This document shows positions 1 to 9,443 of a stretch of 49,832 nt of DNA, piece by piece. Numbering within the stretch: position 1 is the stretch's first letter; each line of letters starts with the position of its first letter. Under the pieces are notes generated by a model. The model was not told where the DNA came from. It saw only the letters and a program-made list of their open reading frames with translations, and did not search any database. Both the position numbers and the translations under genes were made by a program. This DNA comes from Chrysochromulina tobinii (taxonomy: Eukaryota): assembly GCA_001275005.1 (NCBI GenBank), contig JWZX01002423.1, positions 1 to 49,832 on the forward strand. Direction: 5' to 3'.

Positions 1-238
1 AGCAGGGACCGGGATGTCGCGCTCACCAGGCTGCCTTTGTGTAGTTTGATGAACCTGCAATCACCAACCTACGCGACCAAGTTTACCCACACCTGACAAA
101 TTTCATGTCCGCGTTACTGAACGCGAAAATCCACAATGATGTTAAAGTTCAAGTTTATGTTCGTTTATGTAGTAACTTGAACTTGAACACGATGAAATGT
201 CTACTAAGAACTAACGACAGCGGCGCGCGCGCTCACGC

Positions 239-2134
239 TCACTCTTCTCTGAGGATCATGCGTGACGCCTTCTCAGCGATGGCGTAGGTGGGCAGGTTGG
301 TATTGCCTGATGTGATGGTGGGCATCACACCGCAGTCGGCAACGCGCAGGCCGCCGATGACGCCTGAGCGCGTGCCGTCGCGCACCTGCAGCCTGCTGTT
401 GAGGACAGCACCCGGCTCGCCGTCCCTGCCCATCATCGTCGTCCCGGCCGGGTGGAAGATAGACGTCCCTATGTCGCCCGCCGCGCGCGCAAGCTCCGCG
501 TCCGTCGTCAGGAGCGCTCCAGGCACGTGCTCCTGCGCGCGCAGCTCGGGAGTGAGCTGCGCGGCGATACGACGAGTCCAGCGCATCGCCGCCGCCGCGA
601 CCGCACGGTCCGCCTCTGTCGAGAGGTAGTTCGGGTCGATGCGTGGCGCGTCGCGCGTGTCCGGCGAGGTCAGCTCAACGCTACCGCGGCTCGTGGGGCG
701 GAGGTGGCACACCGAGGCAGTGAGACCGTTCCAACTGTGCAGAGGCTCCTCCCACGAGTCGAGCGAGAGGGGCTGCACATGCCACTGCAGGTCAGGCGTC
801 CGCGCCTCCTCCGAGCTGTGCGCGAAGACTCCGAGCTGTGAAGGCGCCATCGAGAGCGGCCCCGACTGGCGCAGCACGTACTCGGCGGCGGCCTGAGCCA
901 TGCCCCAATGTGAATTGAGACGCGTGTTGAGCGTGTCGACGCCATCGGCGAGCCGGAACACGGCGCGGATCTGCAGGTGGTCTTGCAGATTGCGCCCCAC
1001 GCCTGGCAGGTCGACGCGAGTCTGCACGTTGTGCGCCCGCAGCAGCGCGTCGTCACCGATCCCAGAGCATTGCAGCAGATGCGGAGAGCCGACCGCGCCG
1101 GCCGCGAGCACGACCTCGCGCCGAGCTCGAATGGTGCACGCCACGTCCGCTTGCTTCTCGGCAGCGCTGTCCTTGCGACTCTTGATGAGTCCCATATCCA
1201 CCGCAATCGCGCGCAGATAGCTGGCCACCCCTTCCTGCGTGTCGCGCTGCCACACATCGATCCCCGTGCACCGCAGCTTGCCGTCGCCGGACTCGTCGCG
1301 CTCGAGCTTGAGCTTGGAAGCATGGATGCCCCTCAGGATCGTCAGGTTCGGGCGCGCCGTGAGGATGGGCGTCACAAAGGCTCGGTAGGGCGAGAGGCGC
1401 ACCCCGCCACGCCGCGGGCCGGACGCGTCGGACGACGCACCCAGTACGGCACCCAGTTGCGTCTGCGTCACCTCAAAGTAGCCAACGCCCGCCGTCTGGG
1501 AGTCGATGAAGTGCGTCCGCCGCGGTAGCTCGACTTTCTCGCACGCGTCGGCCCACTGGTCGAGAACGCGCCAACTCATCGCCTGCCGCGTCACTTCCAG
1601 TGGACCGTCAGTTCCAAGCATGCTGCCATCGGCGAGTACCGGCGTGGCGGCCGTGTACTTCATCTGGCGCTCAAAGTGGGGCCGCATCGACTTCCAGTTC
1701 CAGCTGTCATCCTCGAGCGCTGCCGCCCAGCCGTCGTAGTCTTCCGCCTGCCCACGCATCGCGATCATACCATTGATGCTGCCTGAGCCTCCGAGCAACT
1801 TGCCTCGCGGGTAGAAGATGAAGCGTCCGTTGAGGCCGGGCTGCTCGCACGTTCGGAAGCCCCAGTTGGTCCGGTCCTGCGGGTAACGCATCGTGTAGAT
1901 GTAGCCAACAGGGATTTGCACCCAGTGATACATGTCGCTTCCGCCTGCTTCCAGCATGACCACGGTCTTGGAAGGGTCAGCGCTCAGCCGGTTGGCGAGC
2001 ACGCAGCCTGCACTTCCTCCGCCCACGATGACATAGTCATACTCACCCAGATCCTTCGGCGTTGCAACACTGCGGGCTAATCGCCGATGAGAGCCTGGCA
2101 GACGTCTCGTCGCCTTGCGCAGCACCGAGTTCAT
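239..2134 (-). CDS. GMC-family FAD oxidoreductase (choline dehydrogenase-like), probable mitochondrial presequence
   Basis: 631-aa ORF with DYVIVGGGSAGCVLANRL (FAD binding), RGKLLGGSGSING, GAVGSPHLLQCSGIG, GRNLQDH, SIFHPAGT and ITSGNTN motifs; Arg/Ser-rich, acid-free N-terminus. Confidence 0.93.
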   Translation of the reverse strand: MNSVLRKATRRLPGSHRRLARSVATPKDLGEYDYVIVGGGSAGCVLANRLSADPSKTVVMLEAGGSDMYHWVQIPVGYIYTMRYPQDRTNWGFRTCEQPGLNGRFIFYPRGKLLGGSGSINGMIAMRGQAEDYDGWAAALEDDSWNWKSMRPHFERQMKYTAATPVLADGSMLGTDGPLEVTRQAMSWRVLDQWADACEKVELPRRTHFIDSQTAGVGYFEVTQTQLGAVLGASSDASGPRRGGVRLSPYRAFVTPILTARPNLTILRGIHASKLKLERDESGDGKLRCTGIDVWQRDTQEGVASYLRAIAVDMGLIKSRKDSAAEKQADVACTIRARREVVLAAGAVGSPHLLQCSGIGDDALLRAHNVQTRVDLPGVGRNLQDHLQIRAVFRLADGVDTLNTRLNSHWGMAQAAAEYVLRQSGPLSMAPSQLGVFAHSSEEARTPDLQWHVQPLSLDSWEEPLHSWNGLTASVCHLRPTSRGSVELTSPDTRDAPRIDPNYLSTEADRAVAAAAMRWTRRIAAQLTPELRAQEHVPGALLTTDAELARAAGDIGTSIFHPAGTTMMGRDGEPGAVLNSRLQVRDGTRSGVIGGLRVADCGVMPTITSGNTNLPTYAIAEKASRMILREE

Positions 2135-2272
2135 GCGAATTGACGCACCCGCGCGGTCGGCGATACGCGAGGAGAAGGGATTGGAAAAGGCGCGGAACGC
2201 ACGCGCAGCGAGCTGTAAATGTTTGAATGGAAACCAAGTTTAAAGTAACCAACAACATTAAATTCCTAAGAG

Positions 2273-2298
2273 CTTGACTTGACTTGACTTGTCTTGAC
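2273..2298. repeat. (CTTGA)n pentamer microsatellite in a divergent intergenic region
   Basis: cttgacttgacttgacttgtcttgac between the divergently oriented GMC and coiled-coil genes. Confidence 0.8.
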
Positions 2299-2355
2299 AC
2301 GCCAAAATGCGCGACCGTCTTCCGCCTCTGCACACCACCTCCCTGTGCCGCGGCG

Positions 2356-5300
2356 ATGTCAACGGATCAGCAACTTGGCTGGCTACGCAACCTCTCGAAG
2401 GCGCAGCTATCTGAGGCCACGCTCGCCGTCGTGCAGATACAGAAGGAGGTCAACGCCCTTGCAACACGGGTGAATGGCGAGCACGAGCTTCGATCGCTAG
2501 GCTGGGAGCGCCGTCTCGCCCTCGCCAAGCGCGAGTGGCAGGATGATCTGGAGGCGATGCGTACCGAGTGCTCGATTATGCTCAAGGAGGCCGACGAGCT
2601 CGTAGCGCTACAACGCGAAGAGGCCGAGCTGTACCGGGAGGAGGCTCTGCTGCGCGTGGCCCAGCGTGACGCGGCCGAGCAAAAAGTGCTGATGCTGCAG
2701 GGGAGCCAGCGGCGCCTCGTCTTGCGCGCGCGCGGAGCGTTGCGGCGAGCGGAGGAGGCTGAGGCCGAGGCGGCCGAGGCCACCGCTGCAGCCGACCGCG
2801 CGAGCGCCAGTAACGAGGCGGCCCGGCGGCGGGCCGAGGCGGAGCGCGACGTGCTCGTGGCGGCGCTGGCGATCGGCGAGGGCGAGGACGGTTACCTCGA
2901 GCGGATCGCGCACGACCAGTCGCTGCCCGTGGCGCAGCGCGAGTCCGCCATGTTGCGCGCCAAGCTGCAGGACTTGCGCGATATGGCCGCGAAGCACGCG
3001 GTCGATGCGGGCGCGGTGGCCCACGCGATGGCAGAGGTGGAGCTGCGGGAGGCGCGCGCGGAGAGGCGTGCGCAGGCGCTCGAGCAGCGGCTGCACGCGT
3101 GCGAGGGCGAGCTGGGTGCTCGGCGCATGGCCGAGCTCCAAGCGGCGCGGCGCGCCATGGTCGTACACAAGCCCGAGGGTGGCGGCGGCGAGGTGTCGGG
3201 TACACTGACACTTGGGAGTGCTGGTGGCTCGCAGGGCGAGGCCAAGGGCGCTGGCGCGTTGCAGGCCAAGGGCGAAGGCGCGTTCGACGCCGATGAGAGT
3301 GGCCGCGGGCCGAGCGGCGTCGGCCCCACACGTTGGCAGATCAGCCTTGCCGAACGCTGTGCTCTGGCAGAGGAGATGGTGGAGGCTCGAAATGCGGAGC
3401 TCGAGGCCACAAGGGTGGAGCTCGCGGCGGCGACGGAGGAGCGGCGCCTGATCGGCGAGGGCGCCGCCGCAAGGTCGAGCGCGGCCACGTACATTGAGGC
3501 CCGATGTGCGGCGGTCGAGGCTCTGCTCGCAGCGAGTGAGAAGGAGAATGTGGCGCTACGCAGTGAGGTCGCGACCCGCGCCGCCGAGCTTGCGGCGGCG
3601 ATGGCGAGGGAGCGCGCGCAGGCCGAGCTCGCACGGCTGCGCGCCAAGCAGCGCGCCCTGCCTGCGTCCATCGACGCCCTGGCGTTGGAGGTGGTCCCGC
3701 CACCATCACCACAACCAAAGGACGTCGGCGGCTTATTCAACCGCGGGGTCAGCTCGCCGCCTGCCGCCCCATCGCCGTCGCTGAGCGGCCGGCCGGGGAC
3801 GTCGACCGGGGACGTCGACGGAGTGTCGCCGGCGGCAAAGACGCTCTGGCGCATCGGCGAGGCCTTGGTCGGTGCGGATGTCGACGCCGCAGGTCTCGGC
3901 GCCTCACCGTTGCTGGGGCAGGCGGCCGTCGAGGCAGCGAGCATCGGCGCGCGCTTCGGCTGGGGAGCGTCGCACGACGTGCCGCTTCCCAAATGTGGCT
4001 ATGAGTGGGGCACGGCCTCCCGGAGCGCCGAGGCAAAGGGTTCGCCCCCGAAAAGCACGGCTCCCGCGCCGAGCACCGGTGCCTTCACCGAGGGCGCCTC
4101 AGGCGTTGCGGCACTCGTTGCGCTCCACGCGGCCGATGCCTTTCTAAAGGCCGAGACTTCCGAGGACGCGTCTGGCGTCGCCCCCTCGGCGGGCGCGAGC
4201 ACTCAAAGCCCGGTGCAGAAAAAGAGGCCCGGAGCCATGGTGCGCCACGACACGCGCGCAGCCAACCTTGTGAGCGGCGCCGTGGTCGACGGCGGCATGG
4301 GGCATGCAAATGTGGAGGCGTATGGAGGCCGGGCGGCGAATGGCGCTGTCGCGGGTGCCTTCGACACGCATGACAGCGTGGTCGAGGCTGTGACGGCCGC
4401 CTCGCTCGAGGCGACGCGTGCACAGCTCGGTGCGGCGCGCGCCGAGTGCGCTCGTCTCGAGGAGGAGTGTCGACTCAGCCGTCGAGAAGCCAGTGCCCTC
4501 GCACGATCATCGGAGGCGGATGCGGCCATGTGCCTCGCGCTGGTAGCGAGGCTTGAGGCGAGCGACGAGCGGCTGGGCACCTCGGAGGCGCGCGCGGGAG
4601 CCTTGCAGCGCGTTGCCGAGGCACAGGCGGCAGAGCTCCTGGCGGTGCGTGCCCAACTGGACGCGGCCAACGGGCGCGCGGTGGCCGCGGAGAGGGGGCA
4701 AGCTGCCCTCAAGGCCCGTACAGCGCTGCAGGCGGAGAGCCACGAGGTCACTCGGCGCGCAGACGCGGCGCTGCGCGAGGAGCTCGCTCAGATGCGGCGC
4801 GTGTGCGAAAGGTATCGCGGCGAGGTGAGCCGCGTGTGCGCCGAGCTGCACACGACGCGTATGATGGTCGCGCATCTCAACGAGCGGCTCGATGCGCAGA
4901 GTGAGCTCGCTCGCCTTCAGATTGGCCTTGACCCGGTGCCGCACAGTGGAGGCATGTCGCCAGAGCGCAAGCACGCGCTGCTCGCTCGAAAGCAGCAGGG
5001 GACGACGCGCACCATCCTCCAAAGCGTGGATGGCGCGGCAGGCGTGGCGGCGGGCGCGGCGGCGGGCGCGGCGGCGGGCGCGGCTGCGGGGGGCAAGGTG
5101 TTGCTAGCCGGAGCGACGACGCGCGTGCCGCTCGTTCGAGTGACCTTGCGCCCGTACGACAGGGCAGAGTTTGGCCCCAGGAGCGCGGCCAGGGATGCCA
5201 AGGGCGACGGCTCGGCGTCACAGCCTCTCCATGGCACTACCTTTCAACCAGTTGGTGGCGTCGTGCGCTTTGGGGGCTCGCAGGGGGCGGTGGCGCAAGA

Positions 5301-5508
5301 GGAGGCGGTGGCGAAGGTGGCGGAGGTGGCGGAGGTGGCGGCGGCTATGGAGCAGGAAGCGTGGAAGGCGGCGGTGACGTCAGCTGCCACCTTCCTGGCA
5401 GAGTCAGGTGGTGGCACTGGCAGCGAGCGGCCGCGCGTCTCGACCGCAAGCCAGTTTGAGCGCTGGTTCGACTGGGGAGTGGCACCTCCTCCAAAACCAA
5501 AGAAATGA
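2356..5508 (+). CDS. Large Ala/Glu/Arg-rich coiled-coil protein, unknown function
   Basis: Long open frame (track 2284..5508); first ATG at 2356 (MSTDQQ); heptad-like helical segments separated by low-complexity linkers. Confidence 0.7.
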   Translation: MSTDQQLGWLRNLSKAQLSEATLAVVQIQKEVNALATRVNGEHELRSLGWERRLALAKREWQDDLEAMRTECSIMLKEADELVALQREEAELYREEALLRVAQRDAAEQKVLMLQGSQRRLVLRARGALRRAEEAEAEAAEATAAADRASASNEAARRRAEAERDVLVAALAIGEGEDGYLERIAHDQSLPVAQRESAMLRAKLQDLRDMAAKHAVDAGAVAHAMAEVELREARAERRAQALEQRLHACEGELGARRMAELQAARRAMVVHKPEGGGGEVSGTLTLGSAGGSQGEAKGAGALQAKGEGAFDADESGRGPSGVGPTRWQISLAERCALAEEMVEARNAELEATRVELAAATEERRLIGEGAAARSSAATYIEARCAAVEALLAASEKENVALRSEVATRAAELAAAMARERAQAELARLRAKQRALPASIDALALEVVPPPSPQPKDVGGLFNRGVSSPPAAPSPSLSGRPGTSTGDVDGVSPAAKTLWRIGEALVGADVDAAGLGASPLLGQAAVEAASIGARFGWGASHDVPLPKCGYEWGTASRSAEAKGSPPKSTAPAPSTGAFTEGASGVAALVALHAADAFLKAETSEDASGVAPSAGASTQSPVQKKRPGAMVRHDTRAANLVSGAVVDGGMGHANVEAYGGRAANGAVAGAFDTHDSVVEAVTAASLEATRAQLGAARAECARLEEECRLSRREASALARSSEADAAMCLALVARLEASDERLGTSEARAGALQRVAEAQAAELLAVRAQLDAANGRAVAAERGQAALKARTALQAESHEVTRRADAALREELAQMRRVCERYRGEVSRVCAELHTTRMMVAHLNERLDAQSELARLQIGLDPVPHSGGMSPERKHALLARKQQGTTRTILQSVDGAAGVAAGAAAGAAAGAAAGGKVLLAGATTRVPLVRVTLRPYDRAEFGPRSAARDAKGDGSASQPLHGTTFQPVGGVVRFGGSQGAVAQEEAVAKVAEVAEVAAAMEQEAWKAAVTSAATFLAESGGGTGSERPRVSTASQFERWFDWGVAPPPKPKK

Positions 5509-5767
5509 ACAAGTACGCGCCGTCCGCTGTGGGGACATGTTGAGGATGGGAGGATAGTAGAAAGTCAGTTGACGATAGATGGGACTCCCGGTTTCGCGGA
5601 GGCTCCACAGTCGGAGGCTAAACTCCCCGCGAACCACCGTCGGAGCCGACGGAGTTCTCATTGTTATGTTCAGCCCGTTTTTCATCAGAGCGCGATCTCC
5701 CCGGCGCTCCCGTCTGCATTGAGCAACCCGACAGAAAGCAAGCTGAGAGACGAACATATCGTCTAAG

Positions 5768-6251
5768 ATGCAGATGACCAAGGTCCTCCTCATCTCGTTC
5801 ATCGCCACCGCCTCGGCCACGTGCGGCACGCAGTGCGGCGGCTGCACTGCGCCCTGCGTCAACGACCCGTCCGCATATTGCTTCGACTGCGGCTTCTCAC
5901 CGTGCGAGGATGTCAGTGGCTACTGCTGGTCGTGTGCCGGAGCCGACGGCAACTGCTACGCATACGACTGTGTGCTCTGCGCCATCCGCCCCGACCTTCG
6001 CCCTCATCCATTCCCATATCTTTACGACACCACAACGCCATCGGGCACTCGCCGCGCTCGCGAACCCCATACATACCATGTGCATCGCAGGTGGCTCCAC
6101 CTGTTCGACCGTTCCGTGCTTGGACGTCGCGGCCACCGCCAACGCGGTCCTGAAGAAGACCAACTCGACCACCGGCTTCGCAAAGGCCAAAGGCGAGCAG
6201 CTCGCGACCCGCATTGGCTCGGCCACGTCGAAAGCCGCCGTTGCCAAGTAA
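5768..6251 (+). CDS. Small secreted cysteine-rich protein, ~120 aa, two exons (5768-5969, 6091-6251)
   Basis: Signal peptide MQMTKVLLISFIATASA. A GT..CAG intron at 5970-6090 joins two track ORFs in frame (..YAYDC|GSTCSTVPC..). 13 Cys, then a basic Ala/Lys tail. Confidence 0.75.
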
Positions 6252-6708
6252 GCAGACGGTCAAGTAAGCGTGCGGTCCACAGGTGCCGTGAACGTTCCAG
6301 CTGCGGACCGCACACGACCAGGGATGTTGGGGCTTCTCGATGGACGCTCTACCGTCGTGTGTAGTGTGTGCCCCCTGTGCGTGGCCCTAGTCCGCGCTTG
6401 CGGTCCCCGGTGCGTGGCACGGACTCCGTGCCTCCGATTTCCTACTTTAACGACCATGCAACATGCAAGCACCAAGCTTTAAACGCAGATACTACGGGAC
6501 ACGGCGCTTGGGCCTCGGCCGCTCTCATCCACTGAGAGGAATAGCATACGCTTCGCGCAAGCGCGCTTCCTTTCCGTCTCGTTACCAATACGCGCTGTAA
6601 ACGCGCTGAACCGCTCGACTCGACGTAGCGCTATGCGTTAGCCACTTCATTTACCTCCATTTACCCGACTATTGAGATATTGACTATATACGGCTTACCA
6701 CTAGCGCA

Positions 6709-9132
6709 CTACGTGCTGCACCGAGTCGTCGCGCTCAACTCGGTCGCGCTCAACTCTTTGTAACTATGGAGGCCATGTTTGGCCGCGGGATAGAGGCAGT
6801 AGTGCTGCACGATAAAGATCGAGTCGAAGACCATCGTTACAAAGCCGAGGGCAAGTTTAACGGGATCGCCCGTGAGGGCGGCCCAGTCACCGCTGCAGCC
6901 CGCATCCAGCACCTCCTGCACGAGCGAAAGCACCCCTCCCGAAAAGTCGAGCACGATGTTGTCGATGACCCACCCGGCGGTGCTGCGGCGGCGTGCGTTG
7001 AGAAAGACCTGTGGAACGTACTTGGTGACCGTGATGGCGAGCTTGACGTACGAGAGCGCATACAGAAAATGGAGCCACGTGCACTCTTCGCAGGCTCCCA
7101 ACGCTACGCTCGGCACCGCCACGACGAGGGCCACGACAAAGGCCGACAGTGCCAGCTTCACCGGGAGCGACACGTGCTGAGTGCCGCGCGGATACGCGCG
7201 CGTCTGAACGTAGATGATCGTGGACAGTAGCAAGCCGTGGAGGGAGAAGAAGACATCGGATACATGCACGATGGGCAGGTTGCCATGGTTTGCCTCGGCA
7301 AACTCTGAGCGAACGGTCCCGATGAATGCGAGCGAAACGTTGAAGGCGCTGTAGCATGCGTAGCCGCACACGTTTAGGGCGACGTAGTCTAGCGAAAGGC
7401 CAATCACCGACTTACGCTGATAATTCAGCAGAACTTGCGGGTAGAAGGACAGGGACCACGCCGCGAAGTAGGTCCATCCGAAAATCGAACTGGCCACCCG
7501 CGCCGCCGTCGAGCACGATGCGATCGACTCGTCCAAATTAGGAATGCCGAGGCTGGTCCAAAGCCCCAATCCGAGGCCGAGGAGCACCAACAGCAAGGTC
7601 AGCACGGGCCGGAGGCGGACGTACAGCTCTGCGTGTTCACCGCCAGGGCCGTGGTTGCGGGCATCATGGCGATGGTTGCTCGTCTTGAGACACGAAAAGT
7701 GCATGTGGAGATGGGAGTGGGTGCGCATGCCCACCCCGTCGGCGTTGACCTCGAGCGCACGGAGCTGCTGCGTCGTGTGCTTGTGGCTGATCTTTTCAAG
7801 AATCGGGTGCTCGTGCACGTGTTCGTGGTAAAGCAGGACCCACAGGGTGTATGTCAGAGCCGCCCCGCCGACGAAGCCCGCTGAAGCATATACGAGCACG
7901 TCGAAGGTGAGCGAGGAGGCGACGTCGGTGGTGGCGGTGGTCGAGACCACAAAGGCGCCCACGTAGGCGGACATCGTGCCGAGCGAGCAAATCGACTTCT
8001 CGACCGCGCCCACCGAGCCGCGGTAGGCCTCATCCACATGAAGCTGCTGGAGGGTCTCGTTGGCGAGGTCGAACCCGTACAACCCGAAGCGCGAGACGAC
8101 GATGAGGGCGAGGAAGACGAGCATCGGGGCTGAGAGCCCCACCTCGCCGTGTGTGGCGTAGAAGCACGCAGTTGCGCCTGAGACCGCCGCGGACTGCAGC
8201 CAGAGGTGCCCTGTGGCCACCATGCGAAGGCCCGCACGCGCCGAGAGCCACGTGAAGAAGGTCGTGCCCAGCACGCCGGCGAGGGCGCCGGCAGCGCGGA
8301 AGGCGGCGAGGGCGGCGGGTGGGACGCCGCGTATCTGGAGGTAGGCGGTGAGCATCACGTCGTGCGGAGAGAGCACCGTGAAGTACAGGAGCGAGTACGA
8401 GAGCACCAGCAGGGGGATGCCCGAGGGGTGCCGGATGAAGATGGGCCACGCAGTGAAGAAGCCGGGTCGCTCCTCCGCCTCGGCCGCCGGCTTGGGAGAC
8501 GCGAGCACCTCGTTTTCGGCGTACACCGCGCTCAGCAGCCTAAGCTCGATCGCAAAGGTGACGACGTTCGCGCTCGCGACCGCCACGAAACCCGCATCTG
8601 CACCGAGGAGGTGGATGGCCACGCCGGCAGCGAGCGGCCCGAACGACTCGGCGAGAAGGTCAATCCTCGCCATCGCCGAGTTCACGGACGAGAGCTCTTC
8701 CTGGTCGCCGTCGGCCCAAATGGTCGCGACCCAGTCCTTCCTCACGGCGACGTCTGAGATGAGCGCGCCGATGGCCTCCACGAAGCCGCATCCGATCATC
8801 GACGCGAGAAGAGCCCACGGAATTCCTCCCGATCCAGCCTTCTCGTACTTGCACAGGAGCCCGAAGACGCCGATGGCGCCGACGACAGCCACGGCCTGCA
8901 ATGCGATCCCGCGCCGCACGACGGGCATGCGCGCGGTGTGGTCCATCCACTGCCCCACAGCAGGACCCATGACAAACTGGAGGCCAAAGACTGCAAGGCC
9001 GAAGATTGCCGGCGCGATCAATCCACCGTTCGAGGAGAAGCGAAGTAGGAGGAGTGGCGTAGCGAACTCCCACGCCTTGGAGCCGAGCTTGGTGCACGTA
9101 TGTGAGAGCAGCAGGCGCAACTTGGCTGGCAT
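6709..9132 (-). CDS. Ferroportin (SLC40/FPN1-like) - His-rich linker - cystinosin (PQ-loop) fusion transporter
   Basis: N-half has ferroportin-like motifs (AWEFATPLLL, VGQWMD, VAVRKDWV, VNSAMARIDL, LLYFTVLS, SRFGLYGFDL). C-half has two PQ loops (WSLSFYPQVLLNYQRKSVIGLS; KYVPQVFLNARRRSTAGW) plus GDPVKLALG and QHYCLY, typical of cystinosin. One continuous 807-aa frame. Confidence 0.85.
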   Translation of the reverse strand: MPAKLRLLLSHTCTKLGSKAWEFATPLLLLRFSSNGGLIAPAIFGLAVFGLQFVMGPAVGQWMDHTARMPVVRRGIALQAVAVVGAIGVFGLLCKYEKAGSGGIPWALLASMIGCGFVEAIGALISDVAVRKDWVATIWADGDQEELSSVNSAMARIDLLAESFGPLAAGVAIHLLGADAGFVAVASANVVTFAIELRLLSAVYAENEVLASPKPAAEAEERPGFFTAWPIFIRHPSGIPLLVLSYSLLYFTVLSPHDVMLTAYLQIRGVPPAALAAFRAAGALAGVLGTTFFTWLSARAGLRMVATGHLWLQSAAVSGATACFYATHGEVGLSAPMLVFLALIVVSRFGLYGFDLANETLQQLHVDEAYRGSVGAVEKSICSLGTMSAYVGAFVVSTTATTDVASSLTFDVLVYASAGFVGGAALTYTLWVLLYHEHVHEHPILEKISHKHTTQQLRALEVNADGVGMRTHSHLHMHFSCLKTSNHRHDARNHGPGGEHAELYVRLRPVLTLLLVLLGLGLGLWTSLGIPNLDESIASCSTAARVASSIFGWTYFAAWSLSFYPQVLLNYQRKSVIGLSLDYVALNVCGYACYSAFNVSLAFIGTVRSEFAEANHGNLPIVHVSDVFFSLHGLLLSTIIYVQTRAYPRGTQHVSLPVKLALSAFVVALVVAVPSVALGACEECTWLHFLYALSYVKLAITVTKYVPQVFLNARRRSTAGWVIDNIVLDFSGGVLSLVQEVLDAGCSGDWAALTGDPVKLALGFVTMVFDSIFIVQHYCLYPAAKHGLHSYKELSATELSATTRCST

Positions 9133-9443
9133 GTTTTTTCATACGTCATGAATTCATTTCTATGAATTCACACCACACGTAAACAGCCGACGGGTATCTC
9201 GAAATGAGACACATGCAGGCGGAGAGCTGAGAAACAGCCCAAAAAGAGAAATAATTCACTCTGACCGAAGTGTAAATCACAACACAGCGCCGTTGCACCG
9301 GTTGTTGCGTCTGTCGAGTTTTGACGTGGTTCACACCAACACGTAACACGCAAGCACAAAAAATACTTCTGATTTTCACGCAGACGTCACATGGAATACC
9401 GCGCGGGCATACCGCTCAAGTTACCGCTCATGCACTCCGCGCT

